Shown: positions 20,296-30,543 of the stretch, one piece after another | Numbering within the stretch: position 1 is the stretch's first letter | Layout of the letters: each line of letters opens with the position of its first letter | Assembly: GCA_045690015.1 (NCBI GenBank) | Contig: CP145877.1 | Coordinates: 1 to 32,000, forward strand | Direction: 5' to 3' | DNA from: Candidatus Saccharimonadota bacterium | GTDB lineage: Bacteria; Pseudomonadota; Gammaproteobacteria; Enterobacterales; Enterobacteriaceae | DNA: 32,000 nt | The notes under the pieces: model-generated | Databases searched by the model: none | Told to the model about the DNA's origin: nothing | The model's input: the letters and a program-made list of their open reading frames with translations, nothing else | Made by a program: the position numbers and the translations under genes

Positions 20296-20628
20296 TTACT
20301 CTACTAATATTGGAGCCAAAAATTCTTTTATTTGTCCTTTAGATAAACTACCAACTTTACTAGCCAGTACTTCACCATTTTTAAATACTAATAAAGTTGG
20401 AATTCCACGAATTCCATATTTTTGAGCAGTATTAGGATTATTATCTACATTTAATTTCGCTACATTAAGCCTACCGAAATATTCGTCCGCTATTTCATCT
20501 AGAATTGGTGCAAGTACCTTGCAAGGTCCACACCATTCCGCCCAAAAATCAACTAGTGTTACTACATCTATTTTTAATATATACTCTTCAAAACTATCAT
20601 CGCTTAAGTAAATAATTTTATCGCTCAT
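20296..20628 (-). CDS. trxA: thioredoxin 1
   Basis: [13 protein letters not shown] compares with E. coli MSDKIIHLTDDSF, and the WCGPCK active site is present. I moved the start to the ATG at 20628, which has GGAG 8 nt upstream. The track ORF starts at an upstream TTG. Confidence 0.95.
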   Translation of the reverse strand: MSDKIIYLSDDSFEEYILKIDVVTLVDFWAEWCGPCKVLAPILDEIADEYFGRLNVAKLNVDNNPNTAQKYGIRGIPTLLVFKNGEVLASKVGSLSKGQIKEFLAPILVE

Positions 20629-20652
20629 GTTCGGGTACTCCAAAAATATTAG

Positions 20653-20666
20653 TTGATGATAATCAA
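20653..20666. promoter_or_regulatory. perfect TTGAT-N4-ATCAA palindrome (FNR-consensus-like)
   Basis: The sequence is TTGATgataATCAA. It is centred about 31 bp upstream of the trxA ATG. Function is not established. Confidence 0.25.
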
Positions 20667-20935
20667 TTTTTTATCTATCAATCAACAGTTAGGACATAGT
20701 ATGCTTTCCTAATCTTCCATACATATCTAACTATGCTATGCATCAGTTTGCCATGCATGTTAAATATTGAGGTATTGTATGTACCGAACTAGAAAAAAAT
20801 TCTACATAAACTGATGATTGTGGACAGTTATTTATTATCCGTAAAAAGAATTATAATTCTGAAAACTGAATTAAGACTCACACTATAACTAATAGCTATA
20901 GATCTGAGTAGTGTAACTGTATTATTTATTACTTA

Positions 20936-20949
20936 TTGATAGCAATCAA
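20936..20949. promoter_or_regulatory. second perfect TTGAT-N4-ATCAA palindrome (FNR-consensus-like)
   Basis: The sequence is TTGATagcaATCAA, followed by an extra TTGAT half-site at 20951-20955. It lies in noncoding DNA with no gene within 300 bp. Confidence 0.25.
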
Positions 20950-21364
20950 TTTGATAAACAACAAGTCATATTATATTATGTTATATGATTTAATCAACTA
21001 TCTAATATAATTGATATACATACTTACTTTTTTTTCAAAAAAATTTCTTACATTGCTTAATCATATCTTGAGTTTTTTCATCACTTGTTACATCTAAATT
21101 AGATACCCGAAATTGGTACGTTTTGTATGTATAATGTGAAGGTAAAAATGTATGTGACTGAGTCAATTATATTATTTTAAGGTAATTTTTACTTATCTTT
21201 AGCATAGATGATTAGAGATACTTAAACTTAATAAAGAAAAACTAAAAACAACCATTAGAGATAGTAACTTTATAGTTACAATGAATTTATCAAATCAAAA
21301 TAGACCTAAATCTGGTAGAAGATAAGATGCTAATAAAATAATTATTGATTAACTTCTTTATTTG

Positions 21365-21437
21365 CAGGGGCGAAGGGATTCGAACCCCTAACAACCGGTT
21401 TTGGAGACCGGTGCTCTACCAATTGAACTACGCCCCT
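21365..21437 (-). tRNA. trpT: tRNA-Trp (anticodon CCA)
   Basis: The reverse complement AGGGGCGTAGTTCAATTGGTAGAGCACCGGTCTCCAAAACCGGTTGTTAGGGGTTCGAATCCCTTCGCCCCTG is close to E. coli trpT. The anticodon loop is CTCCAAA. The next bases are CAA, so the 3' CCA is not encoded. Confidence 0.93.
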
Positions 21438-21468
21438 AAATTTATAAGTATAAGATCACAGTTAGTTT

Positions 21469-22290
21469 CTAATCTTTTATTTCCGAGATGATTTTTTTAA
21501 TCACGCATGTAATTGATGGTAATACACCATGCCATAATAAAAATGAATAAGCTGCTTGAGCTACTAACATACCTATTCCATCTGCATATTTCTTTACGCC
21601 ATTTTTTTTACACCATTGTAAAAACGGAGTCAAGTTGGATTGATAAAACATATCATAACAACGTATATGGTTATTAATCAGATTACTCGGTAATTCAGGT
21701 ACTATTCCTTGAATGCCACATGAAGTAGCATTAATAATTAAATCAAAATGATATTTTTCTAATTGATTGAATTGTTGTGCTGAAATCACACCGTAATTTT
21801 TAAACTTATGGAAGAGTTCCTCTGCTTTATACCACGTGCGATTAGTAACTATTATTGAACAACCATAATGCAAAAGAGGAAAAATTATTCCATGTGCTGC
21901 CCCACCGGCACCAATAATTAATATTCTATCCTGAGGTTGAATTAGCTGAAGTCTCGTGAGATCATTTAATATAGCAATTCCATCTGTATTATCTCCTAAA
22001 AGTTGATTATTTTCTAATTTTTTTATGGTATTTATCGATCCTGATAATAAAGCTCGATTAGTTAATATATTCACTAAAGTGTACGCAATTGGTTTGTACG
22101 GAACAGTTATATTAGCACCTTGACCTCCATTAGAAAAAAACTGATGTAATTCATCTATAAAACTTTCTCTAGAAGCACAAATGCATCCATAAGTATGATG
22201 TTTAATATTCATCATTTTACTAAAATGATAGTGAATACGAGGAGATTTACTATGTTTAACAGGATTACCAAATATAGCATAATTGATCAT
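21469..22290 (-). CDS. aroE: shikimate dehydrogenase
   Basis: YAIFGNPVKHSKSP, GANITVPYK, LGDNTDG and IIGAGGAA are present. I moved the start to the ATG at 22290 (MINYAIFGNP, compared with E. coli METYAVFGNP), which has GGTGG 8 nt upstream. The track ORF adds 5 codons. Confidence 0.93.
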   Translation of the reverse strand: MINYAIFGNPVKHSKSPRIHYHFSKMMNIKHHTYGCICASRESFIDELHQFFSNGGQGANITVPYKPIAYTLVNILTNRALLSGSINTIKKLENNQLLGDNTDGIAILNDLTRLQLIQPQDRILIIGAGGAAHGIIFPLLHYGCSIIVTNRTWYKAEELFHKFKNYGVISAQQFNQLEKYHFDLIINATSCGIQGIVPELPSNLINNHIRCYDMFYQSNLTPFLQWCKKNGVKKYADGIGMLVAQAAYSFLLWHGVLPSITCVIKKIISEIKD

Positions 22291-22294
22291 TATC

Positions 22295-22870
22295 TTACCA
22301 CCCATAACGAATTACTTTTCCACTCAATAAATCTCGAATCTCCGTATGACATTCTAATTTTCCTAGATGCCCAGGATATATCATTAAACCATCGCCAAAT
22401 TTTGCTATTATTTCTTTTATGGTACGACATGGAATAGATCCAGTCAGGTTAGCACTAGTTGAAATCAATGGTTTATTAAAAGCCCTGCATAATTGCTGAA
22501 TTGATGGATGCTGGCTAATACGTACGGCTAATGAAGGAAATTTACCTGTAAGCCAGTATGGTGTTGTTATATGTGCCGGTAATAACCAGGTTATGGGTCT
22601 AGATTGCGAACTTACAATGTTTCGTTGTTTTTTTGATAATTGATCATCGTCAATATAAGATTTTATTTGTTCATAATCAGCTGCAACTAAGATAAAACCT
22701 TTTTCTATTGAACGATTTTTTAATGATAATAATTGCATTACAGCTGCTTTACTTTCGGGATTACATCCCAAAGCAAATACCGATTCAGTCGGATAAGCTA
22801 TAATATCATCTTGCAGTAGCTTTTTGGTAAATTCATCTAGATATGATCTATTCATACTATCTTCATTCAA
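22295..22870 (-). CDS. tsaC: threonylcarbamoyl-AMP synthase TsaC (YrdC)
   Basis: IIAYPTESVFALGCNP, KGFILVAADYEQIK.YIDD and PLISTSANLTG are colinear with E. coli TsaC. The start is either TTG at 22870 or ATG at 22855, and I cannot decide between them. Confidence 0.9.
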   Translation of the reverse strand: MNEDSMNRSYLDEFTKKLLQDDIIAYPTESVFALGCNPESKAAVMQLLSLKNRSIEKGFILVAADYEQIKSYIDDDQLSKKQRNIVSSQSRPITWLLPAHITTPYWLTGKFPSLAVRISQHPSIQQLCRAFNKPLISTSANLTGSIPCRTIKEIIAKFGDGLMIYPGHLGKLECHTEIRDLLSGKVIRYGW

Positions 22871-23031
22871 TACCTATTCTATTATTGCTAAATTTTATTA
22901 GAGCATAACTACTCTAACACAAATAAAATAAATTAAAAGTAATGCACGAGAGATAAATAAAGGATAAAATCAATAAGATTATTTTATTTATGCTAACTAA
23001 CTCTACCTAATACAAATTCATTAGCAAAATC

Positions 23032-23544
23032 ATGACTATTATGCGCGTATTAACTTATCCTGATGAACGACTTAGAACTATTGCTATGCCAGTTACTAAA
23101 ATAGATACTAATATTAACTCCATTATCAATAGCATGTTTGAAACTATGTATGCCAAAAATGGTATTGGTTTAGCAGCTACGCAAGTTAATATTCATCAGC
23201 AAATTATAGTAATAGATCTATCAGAAAAACAGGATGAAGGTTTAGTATTAATTAATCCACAATTATTAGAATATAGTGGTTTGATTAGTATTGAAGAAGG
23301 ATGTTTATCTATTCCTGAAGAAAGAGCATTTATCCAACGTGCAGAAGAAGTGAAGATTATGGCTTTAGATATTAATGGAAAGCATTTTACTCTGAAAGCA
23401 CATAGTTTATTAGCAATTTGTATTCAACATGAAATGGATCATTTAAAAGGTAAACTATTCATCGATTATCTATCATCCCTTAAACGTAATAGAATCTTAT
23501 CTAAATTAAAGAAAAGAGCTCGTATAAAAAACAGAGTTTTCTAA
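23032..23544 (+). CDS. def: peptide deformylase
   Basis: [16 protein letters not shown] and HEMDHL metal-binding motifs are present. Confidence 0.96.
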   Translation: MTIMRVLTYPDERLRTIAMPVTKIDTNINSIINSMFETMYAKNGIGLAATQVNIHQQIIVIDLSEKQDEGLVLINPQLLEYSGLISIEEGCLSIPEERAFIQRAEEVKIMALDINGKHFTLKAHSLLAICIQHEMDHLKGKLFIDYLSSLKRNRILSKLKKRARIKNRVF

Positions 23545-23579
23545 ACTAAGTTACAGTTATAATAAAAAGGTATATTGAT

Positions 23580-24542
23580 GTGTCTAATAGCTTGAAAATC
23601 ATTTTTGCAGGTACAGGTAATTTTGCCCTTTATCATCTGACTAATTTATTATCTAAACATCAAATAGTAGGTATATTAACTTCTCCTGATCGCATAGCTG
23701 GAAGAGGTAAAAAATTGTTTTTTAGCGCAATTAAACAATTTGCAATTAAGCATAATATTTCACTTTTTCAGCCCCAATCCGAATGTCTTTCTAAAAAATC
23801 TTATCAGAAGCAGATTGCAGATTTAAAGGCAGATATCATGGTGGTTATTGCTTATGGTATTATATTACCACCCTATATTTTAAATATACCGAGATTGGGC
23901 TGTATTAATGTGCATAGTTCTCTTTTACCCCGTTGGCGTGGAGCGGCTCCAATACCCCGTTCAATCATAGCTGGAGATAAAGTAACTGGAGTCACTACAA
24001 TCAAGATCAATCGTGGTATTGATACAGGGGATATTTTACATCAAATGCCTTGTGTCATTGAAAAGACAGATACCAGTGCTACAGTTAGTGAAAAATTATC
24101 AAAACTAGGATCAATGAGTATGTTAATCACATTAGAACAGTTCCTGGAAGGGAAGATATATCCACAACCACAAGTACAATCTGAACATACATCAACATAT
24201 GCTAAAAAGATCCGAAAAGAAGAAGCACGACTTAACTGGAAACTATCGGCTATAGAAAATGAACGTTATATACGTGCTTTTAATCCCTGGCCAGTAAGCT
24301 ATTTTTTTATTCATGGAAAATATATAAAAGTTTGGAAAGCATCGGTACTTAAAAATATTAATGAAACTAAATATCAACCAGGAGAAATTCTTCTAGCAGA
24401 TAAGAATGGTATTCAAATTGCTACTGCAAAAGATATTTTAAATATAGAAGAATTACAACCAGCCGGAAAAAAAATTATGAAAGTTGGGGAATTTCTTAAT
24501 TCTCGCAAAGAATGGTTTACTCCAGGATTAATTTTAGACTGA
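23580..24542 (+). CDS. fmt: methionyl-tRNA formyltransferase
   Basis: GTG start. MSNSLKIIFAGTGNFA, GCINVHSSLLPRWRGAAPI and LQPAGKK.M are present. It follows def as in E. coli. Confidence 0.95.
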   Translation: MSNSLKIIFAGTGNFALYHLTNLLSKHQIVGILTSPDRIAGRGKKLFFSAIKQFAIKHNISLFQPQSECLSKKSYQKQIADLKADIMVVIAYGIILPPYILNIPRLGCINVHSSLLPRWRGAAPIPRSIIAGDKVTGVTTIKINRGIDTGDILHQMPCVIEKTDTSATVSEKLSKLGSMSMLITLEQFLEGKIYPQPQVQSEHTSTYAKKIRKEEARLNWKLSAIENERYIRAFNPWPVSYFFIHGKYIKVWKASVLKNINETKYQPGEILLADKNGIQIATAKDILNIEELQPAGKKIMKVGEFLNSRKEWFTPGLILD

Positions 24543-24706
24543 TTCATTATTTTAATAAACTAACTGTATGATTGCAGATTACAAGATTACCAATAAAGAA
24601 CTAATAACAAACCATGTAATAAAATAAATAACCCCAATATCGTTCAATTTTATAGTAATAGATTGATTTGATTCAATAGTTGAAGTTAAAAGTTATAGTG
24701 ATTTAA

Positions 24707-27361
24707 CTAACGTCCGTGACATTTTTTATATTTTTTAAGTGAACCACAAGGACAAAGATGGTTTCGTCCTATCTTCGGATTCGGATTTATATAGTTAAAA
24801 TGTTTAATATCAGTTGGATTATTCTGCAATTCTAGTAAATTATCCGTAACTAATTTCTCTGATACATGTACTTTAACTTTACAAATTATACATACAACTT
24901 CATATTTCATCATTTCAAGCATATTATTGAACATAGTAAATGATTCACGTTTGTATTCTTGTTTAGGATCTTTTTGTGCATACCCACGTAGATGAATTCC
25001 TTGACGTAAATAATCCATCGCAGCTAGATGTTCTCTCCACATAATATCCATGGTTTGTAACATTATATTTTTTTCAAAATGACCCATTTTATTAATTCCT
25101 ACCAAGATTTTTTTTTGTTGGTATATTTCTATAGCATTTTCAATGATCAATTGTTCTGAAAATCTTATTTGATCGTTTTTTATCCAATGATCAATTGGTA
25201 AATCCATATTTAATTCTCTTTTAAAGAATTCTATCAATCCACAGATATCCCACATATCTTCTAAAGAAGATGGAATATATCTTTTTATAATTTTATTTAG
25301 AACATCTTTATAAAGTTGGATAACTATATTGCTGATATCAGCAATTGGAGTATCTAGTAATTCATTACGTTGCGCATAAATAGCTATTCGTTGATCGTTA
25401 GCTACATTATCATATTCCAATAACTGCTTGCGAATATCAAAATTTCGATTTTCTACTTTACACTGTGCATTAGCAATGGCCTTAGTAACCCAAGGATGTT
25501 CTATAGCTTCTCCGGATTTCATACCTAATCTTCGCATCATTCCAGAAATCCGATCAGAACCAAAAATCCGCATTAAAGTATCTTCCATAGAAAGATAAAA
25601 TCTTGAAGATCCTGGATCTCCTTGTCGTCCCGATCTACCACGAAGTTGATTATCAATTCTGCGAGATTCATGACGTTCTGTACCAATAATATGTAATCCT
25701 CCGGATTTTAAAACCTTATTATGACGAATTTGCCAATCTTCTTTAATTTTTTTTATTTTTTCTTTTTCTGCATCAGGATGTTTTATTTGAATAATTTCCG
25801 ACTGTATACTACCTCCAAGTACTATATCAGTTCCCCGTCCCGCCATATTAGTAGCAATAGTTACTGCAGATACTTGACCAGCATGTGCAATAATATCTGC
25901 TTCCTTAGCATGAAATTTAGCATTTAAAACCTTATGTGGAATACCTGCATAAGTCAGTTGTCTAGAAATTTTTTCCGATTTTTCAATGGAAACGGTTCCC
26001 ACTAAAACAGGCTGACCTTTAGTTATTCGTTGACGTATATCTTGAATTACCGCTTGAATTTTTTCTTTTTCAGTAAGAAAAATTACATCCGGTAGATCTT
26101 TTCTAATCATTTTTTTATTAGGAGGGATCACTATAGTATCTAACTGGTAAATTGAACTAAATTCAAAAGCTTCTGTATCTGCTGTTCCCGTCATTCCAGC
26201 TAATTTATGATATAATCGAAAATAATTCTGAAAAGTAATAGAAGCTAGGGTTTGATTTTCATTTTGAATTTTAACTCCCTCTTTTGCCTCAACTGCTTGA
26301 TGTAAACCATCACCCCAACGACGTCCCGGCATAATTCTACCGGTATGTTCATCTACAATAACTACTTCTCCATTTTTGACAATATAATCTATATTACGAA
26401 AAAATAGAGTGTGAGCTCGCAAAGCTGCTATAACATGATATACAAGTACTATATTAGAAGGGGAATAAAGACAATCATGTTTTTTCATTAAACCTTCATG
26501 TATTAACATATCTTCTATAAAAATAAGACCTCGTTCAGTAAGATATACCTGTCGTGACTTTTCATCTACTGAAAAATGACCTTTTCCTTGAAAGGAATCT
26601 GAATCATCTCGATCCTGTGGAATTAACTGAGGAATTACATGATTTATTTGCATATAAAGCTCCGAACGATTTTCCACAGGACCAGAAATAATTAATGGAG
26701 TGCGAGCTTCATCAATAAGGATTGAATCAACTTCATCAATTAAAGCATAATGTAATTGGCGCTGCACACGCTCTTTAGGATCAAAAATCATATTATCTCT
26801 TAAATAATCAAAACCATATTCATTATTAGTGGCATAAGTAATATCAGAAGCATAAGCAGCACGTTTCTCAGATTTAGACATTCCCGGTAAATTTACACCT
26901 ACAACCATTCCCAAAAATTCAAATAAAGGACGATTACTATTAGCATCTCGCTGCGCTAAATAATCGTTTACTGTCACAATGTGTACTCCTTCTCCCGTAA
27001 GAGCATTTAAATAAGCCGGTAAAGTAGCTGTTAAAGTTTTACCCTCTCCAGTAGGCATTTCAGCAATACAACGATCATTCAATACTATTCCACCAAGCAA
27101 TTGAACATCAAAATGGCGCATATTAAATACACGTTTACTAGCTTCACGTACAGTTGCAAAAGCTTCGGGAATTAAATCATTTAATTTTTCTCCTTTTTTT
27201 ATTCGATCACGAAATATACGGGTATTTTCTTTTAATTCTTCATCAGATAATCTTGAAAAGATTGGTTCTAGTTTATTGATACTATCAACGATTTTTTTTA
27301 ATCGAGATAATATCCGATCATTTCGACTACCAAAGATTTTAGTAAATAAATTGAGTACCAT
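24707..27361 (-). CDS. secA: preprotein translocase ATPase SecA
   Basis: 884 aa. The N-terminus ends FGSRNDR, and [20 protein letters not shown] (Walker A), [21 protein letters not shown] and [10 protein letters not shown] are present. The C-terminal zinc motif is CPCGS.KKYK.CHG. Confidence 0.97.
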   Translation of the reverse strand: MVLNLFTKIFGSRNDRILSRLKKIVDSINKLEPIFSRLSDEELKENTRIFRDRIKKGEKLNDLIPEAFATVREASKRVFNMRHFDVQLLGGIVLNDRCIAEMPTGEGKTLTATLPAYLNALTGEGVHIVTVNDYLAQRDANSNRPLFEFLGMVVGVNLPGMSKSEKRAAYASDITYATNNEYGFDYLRDNMIFDPKERVQRQLHYALIDEVDSILIDEARTPLIISGPVENRSELYMQINHVIPQLIPQDRDDSDSFQGKGHFSVDEKSRQVYLTERGLIFIEDMLIHEGLMKKHDCLYSPSNIVLVYHVIAALRAHTLFFRNIDYIVKNGEVVIVDEHTGRIMPGRRWGDGLHQAVEAKEGVKIQNENQTLASITFQNYFRLYHKLAGMTGTADTEAFEFSSIYQLDTIVIPPNKKMIRKDLPDVIFLTEKEKIQAVIQDIRQRITKGQPVLVGTVSIEKSEKISRQLTYAGIPHKVLNAKFHAKEADIIAHAGQVSAVTIATNMAGRGTDIVLGGSIQSEIIQIKHPDAEKEKIKKIKEDWQIRHNKVLKSGGLHIIGTERHESRRIDNQLRGRSGRQGDPGSSRFYLSMEDTLMRIFGSDRISGMMRRLGMKSGEAIEHPWVTKAIANAQCKVENRNFDIRKQLLEYDNVANDQRIAIYAQRNELLDTPIADISNIVIQLYKDVLNKIIKRYIPSSLEDMWDICGLIEFFKRELNMDLPIDHWIKNDQIRFSEQLIIENAIEIYQQKKILVGINKMGHFEKNIMLQTMDIMWREHLAAMDYLRQGIHLRGYAQKDPKQEYKRESFTMFNNMLEMMKYEVVCIICKVKVHVSEKLVTDNLLELQNNPTDIKHFNYINPNPKIGRNHLCPCGSLKKYKKCHGR

Positions 27362-27633
27362 AGTAAATAAATTCTCTTTTCTTTCTTTGTTTCTCTCTTA
27401 TAAAAAGAATATAATATCTAAATTATATCGTTTGTTTATTAAACTATATAGGGATAATAATTTTTATATGAAGCACGTATGTTGATTATTTGATCATCCT
27501 TAATACTATATATGCGAACGCTACGCTAGCTAAATAAGTTTAATTGGTCCTAGCTATCTCTGTCTCAGTGATGAGATTTAATTAATAAAAATAAGTCATT
27601 TAATTTTAATGATAAGATAAGGGATGGAATATA

Positions 27634-28104
27634 ATGCGCTATAGCAGCCCCCATACAATTGAAAACATTTTAAAAAATGCTAATGACCACAGCATGTTAC
27701 AATTAGTGCAAAAAAAAGCGATAGAACTAATTAATTTAGATTATGCTTTAAAAGAAGAACTTCCGTTACATTTTCATCCATGGTGTAGAGTTGCTAATTT
27801 ACGACAACATATTTTAATTATTGAAACAGCAAATGCTAATTGGTTAACATACTTACGTTATCAACAACCAATATTACTTTCAATTTTACAAGCTAAAATA
27901 TTACCTACATTAGTCGGAATTAATGTAATAATAAATCCATCATTAGGAATAACATCTAACTGTTATCAAAATCCATCAGAACAACATATTAATAAAAACC
28001 GAACTATAAGTAAAACCAGTGCCATTATCTTACGTAATGTTGCCCGCAAAACTCCTGATAATATTAGATCGATATTAGAAAGATTAGCATCTTTGGCTGA
28101 TTAA
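27634..28104 (+). CDS. DUF721 / DciA-like protein (putative)
   Basis: 156 aa. The core LPLHFHPWCRVANLRQHILIIETANANWLTYLRYQQPILLSILQAKILPTLVGINVIINP fits the DUF721 pattern I recall: a target segment, then a strand (L.V.v.s), W..eL, and ll..l. It is antisense-oriented between the dcw cluster and secA, which is where I recall Vibrio and Pseudomonas carrying their DUF721 gene. This assignment rests on recall only. Confidence 0.5.
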   Translation: MRYSSPHTIENILKNANDHSMLQLVQKKAIELINLDYALKEELPLHFHPWCRVANLRQHILIIETANANWLTYLRYQQPILLSILQAKILPTLVGINVIINPSLGITSNCYQNPSEQHINKNRTISKTSAIILRNVARKTPDNIRSILERLASLAD

Positions 28105-28168
28105 AGTAATTTATTTCATAAATTATCTACATAATATAGAGATTTGATTCATTATTCTTAATTTAATC

Positions 28169-29092
28169 TTATGCTAAAGCTAAAATAAGTTGAACTAATT
28201 TAGGAAAATTTATTCCTACTTGTTGTGCAGCTAAAGGTACTAAACTATGATTTGTCATTCCGGGTAAGGTATTTACTTCAAGTAAATAAAATTGATGATT
28301 AGTATCCATGATAACATCAATACGTCCATAACCTCTACCTCCAATAACATTCCATGCTGTTAACGTTAATGTTTTTAAATTATCTTCCTGTTCCCGAGAT
28401 AAACCACTAGGACAAAAATATTTAGTTTTTTTTGAAATATATTTAGAATGGTAATCATAAAAACCACCTGAATATTGAATACGAATACTTGGTAAAACCT
28501 GATGGTCTAAAATAACAACTGTATATTCTAAACCACCAATCCATTTTTCGATTAATACATTAGTATCATAAAAAAAAGCTTTTTTTAAAGCTATATTAAG
28601 TTCCTGAAGTTGATTTACTTTTGTAATTCCTATACTAGAACCTTCTTTAGTAGGTTTAACCATAACAGGCAGACCTAAATTAACTATTTGGTTCTTATGA
28701 AAGCTACTTAATCCTCTAATCATATCTGATGAATTTATTAAAACCCAAGCTACAACTGGTAATCCTGATCCTTTCCATAATAATTTAGTGCGTAATTTAT
28801 CTATGCTAATCGCAGAAGCCATTACTCCACTACCTGTATAAGGTATTCTTAAAAATTCCAGAACCGCTTGTATTACACCATCTTCCCCTCCACGTCCATG
28901 TAAAGCAATAAATACTTTATTAAATCCATTATCTTTGAGATGTATTATAGGAATCTTACTAACATCTATTGAATAAGCTTCGATAGATAAGCTCTTTAAT
29001 GCTCTTAATATAGCTCTTCCCGATAATAATGAAATTTTTCTCTCGGCTGAAGTTCCACCAAATAATACTGCTACTTTATCAGTTACTTTCAT
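28169..29092 (-). CDS. ddlB: D-alanine--D-alanine ligase
   Basis: [40 protein letters not shown] and [11 protein letters not shown] are colinear with E. coli DdlB. It overlaps the murC stop by 14 nt. Confidence 0.95.
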   Translation of the reverse strand: MKVTDKVAVLFGGTSAERKISLLSGRAILRALKSLSIEAYSIDVSKIPIIHLKDNGFNKVFIALHGRGGEDGVIQAVLEFLRIPYTGSGVMASAISIDKLRTKLLWKGSGLPVVAWVLINSSDMIRGLSSFHKNQIVNLGLPVMVKPTKEGSSIGITKVNQLQELNIALKKAFFYDTNVLIEKWIGGLEYTVVILDHQVLPSIRIQYSGGFYDYHSKYISKKTKYFCPSGLSREQEDNLKTLTLTAWNVIGGRGYGRIDVIMDTNHQFYLLEVNTLPGMTNHSLVPLAAQQVGINFPKLVQLILALA

Positions 29093-30515
29093 AGTATTTC
29101 ATAGAAACTGGTTTTAATTTACTTATTATAGTATTAATTATTGGTTCTAAATTTCCTGCTCCTTGGATTATTAAAAAATCTTTATTAGATAAAATTTGAG
29201 CTAATTTGTGAATCACTTGTTCTTCTTCTACTACTAAAGTAGATCTTTTACCTTTTATACGGAGAGTATGACATAAGGTATGACTATTAATTCCAAGTAT
29301 AGGTTTTTCACCCGCAGAATATATATTTAATAATAGAACAATATCTACTTGTGACAATACATTAACAAAATCATCATATAAATCACGTGTTCTGGTATAA
29401 CGATGTGGCTGAAAAATCATGACTATTCTCTTACTCATACCAGTATGACGAGCAGTTTTTATGGTAGCATAGATTTCAGTAGGATGATGTCCATAATCAT
29501 CTACTAAAAATACCGTTCCTGCTTTACCATTAATAGGTTCAAAATAAAATTCTCCTAAAAAATCAAACCGACGTTTTGTTCCTTGGTAATTTTTCAGCGC
29601 ATGAAAAATTATATTGTCACTAATGCCTTGTTGCATTGATACGGCCACTGCAGCTGCTGCATTTAGTGCATTATGATACCCTGGCACATTTAAAATTATT
29701 GACATACTAGATTGAGATTTACGAACTAAAGTTAAAGAAACTTTCATGCCATGTTGATTATAATTTGTAATACATACATCTGCATTTTTATTAAATCCAT
29801 ATGTTATAACTTTACGTTTTATATGTGGTAATAAATCATAAATTATATGATTATCTAAACAAATAATGGCACTTCCATAAAAAGGTAAATTATGCAAAAA
29901 ATTAAGGAATGCTTTCTTCAAATTATCAATTTTACCGTGATAAGTATCTAGATGTTCTATATCTATATTAGTTACTACAGCTACAATAGGTCGCAATTTA
30001 AGAAAAGATGCATCACTTTCATCAGCTTCTATTATTAGATATTTACTAGTTCCTAACTGGGCGTTAATACGTAAAGTTTTAATTAATCCTCCATTAATAA
30101 ATGTAGGATCTAAACCAGCTTCAATAAATATACTACTAATCATTGCTGTAGTTGTAGTTTTACCATGTGTTCCAGTAATAGCGATTCCGTAACGAAAACG
30201 CATTAATTCAGCTAGCATTTGCGCACGTTGAATTACTGGAATACGGGCTTTATAAGATGCTACCAGTTCTGGATTATCATCAGGAATAGCTGTGGATACA
30301 ACAATAAGATGGGCATTTTTAATATTAGATGGATGATGCTTTAAAAAAATAGTTACTCCAAGCGATATAAGATGGTTAATCATCTCATTTGAGACAATAT
30401 CAGAACCACTAATTTTATATCCTTGATTGGCTAGAATTATCGCTATTCCAGCCATACCGATACCACCAATCCCAATGAAATGAATATTATTCTTTACCGA
30501 ATTCCTATTTATCAT
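29079..30515 (-). CDS. murC: UDP-N-acetylmuramate--L-alanine ligase
   Basis: [36 protein letters not shown] and DDYGHHPTE are present. Confidence 0.96.
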   Translation of the reverse strand: MINRNSVKNNIHFIGIGGIGMAGIAIILANQGYKISGSDIVSNEMINHLISLGVTIFLKHHPSNIKNAHLIVVSTAIPDDNPELVASYKARIPVIQRAQMLAELMRFRYGIAITGTHGKTTTTAMISSIFIEAGLDPTFINGGLIKTLRINAQLGTSKYLIIEADESDASFLKLRPIVAVVTNIDIEHLDTYHGKIDNLKKAFLNFLHNLPFYGSAIICLDNHIIYDLLPHIKRKVITYGFNKNADVCITNYNQHGMKVSLTLVRKSQSSMSIILNVPGYHNALNAAAAVAVSMQQGISDNIIFHALKNYQGTKRRFDFLGEFYFEPINGKAGTVFLVDDYGHHPTEIYATIKTARHTGMSKRIVMIFQPHRYTRTRDLYDDFVNVLSQVDIVLLLNIYSAGEKPILGINSHTLCHTLRIKGKRSTLVVEEEQVIHKLAQILSNKDFLIIQGAGNLEPIINTIISKLKPVSMKYYESN

Positions 30516-30543
30516 ATTTATTGTTATCTGACGGGTTGTAGGT

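Noticed and set aside
20819-20843. DnaA-box-like 9-mers (TGTGGACAG and TTATCCGTA) suggesting a replication origin
   Set aside because: Each has 2 mismatches to TTATCCACA. There is no cluster of boxes, no 13-mer AT-rich repeats with GATC, and no flanking mnmG or mioC. The evidence for oriC is insufficient.
21038-21166. 43-codon minus-strand ORF in the trxA-trpT gap (…YQFRVSNLDVTSDEKTQDMIKQCKKFF)
   Set aside because: Only a TTG start is available, there is no RBS, and I recognise no similarity. It could be a pseudogene fragment, but I cannot support that.
22195-22437. 80-aa plus-strand ORF spanning the aroE/tsaC junction
   Set aside because: It is antisense to two conserved genes and has no motif.
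25721-25927. 68-aa plus-strand ORF inside secA
   Set aside because: It is an antisense shadow ORF.
27276-27485. 69-aa plus-strand ORF overlapping the secA start and running into the secA upstream region
   Set aside because: It overlaps the secA N-terminus in antisense, has low complexity and has no RBS. I also checked the minus strand here for a secM-like leader ORF and found none.
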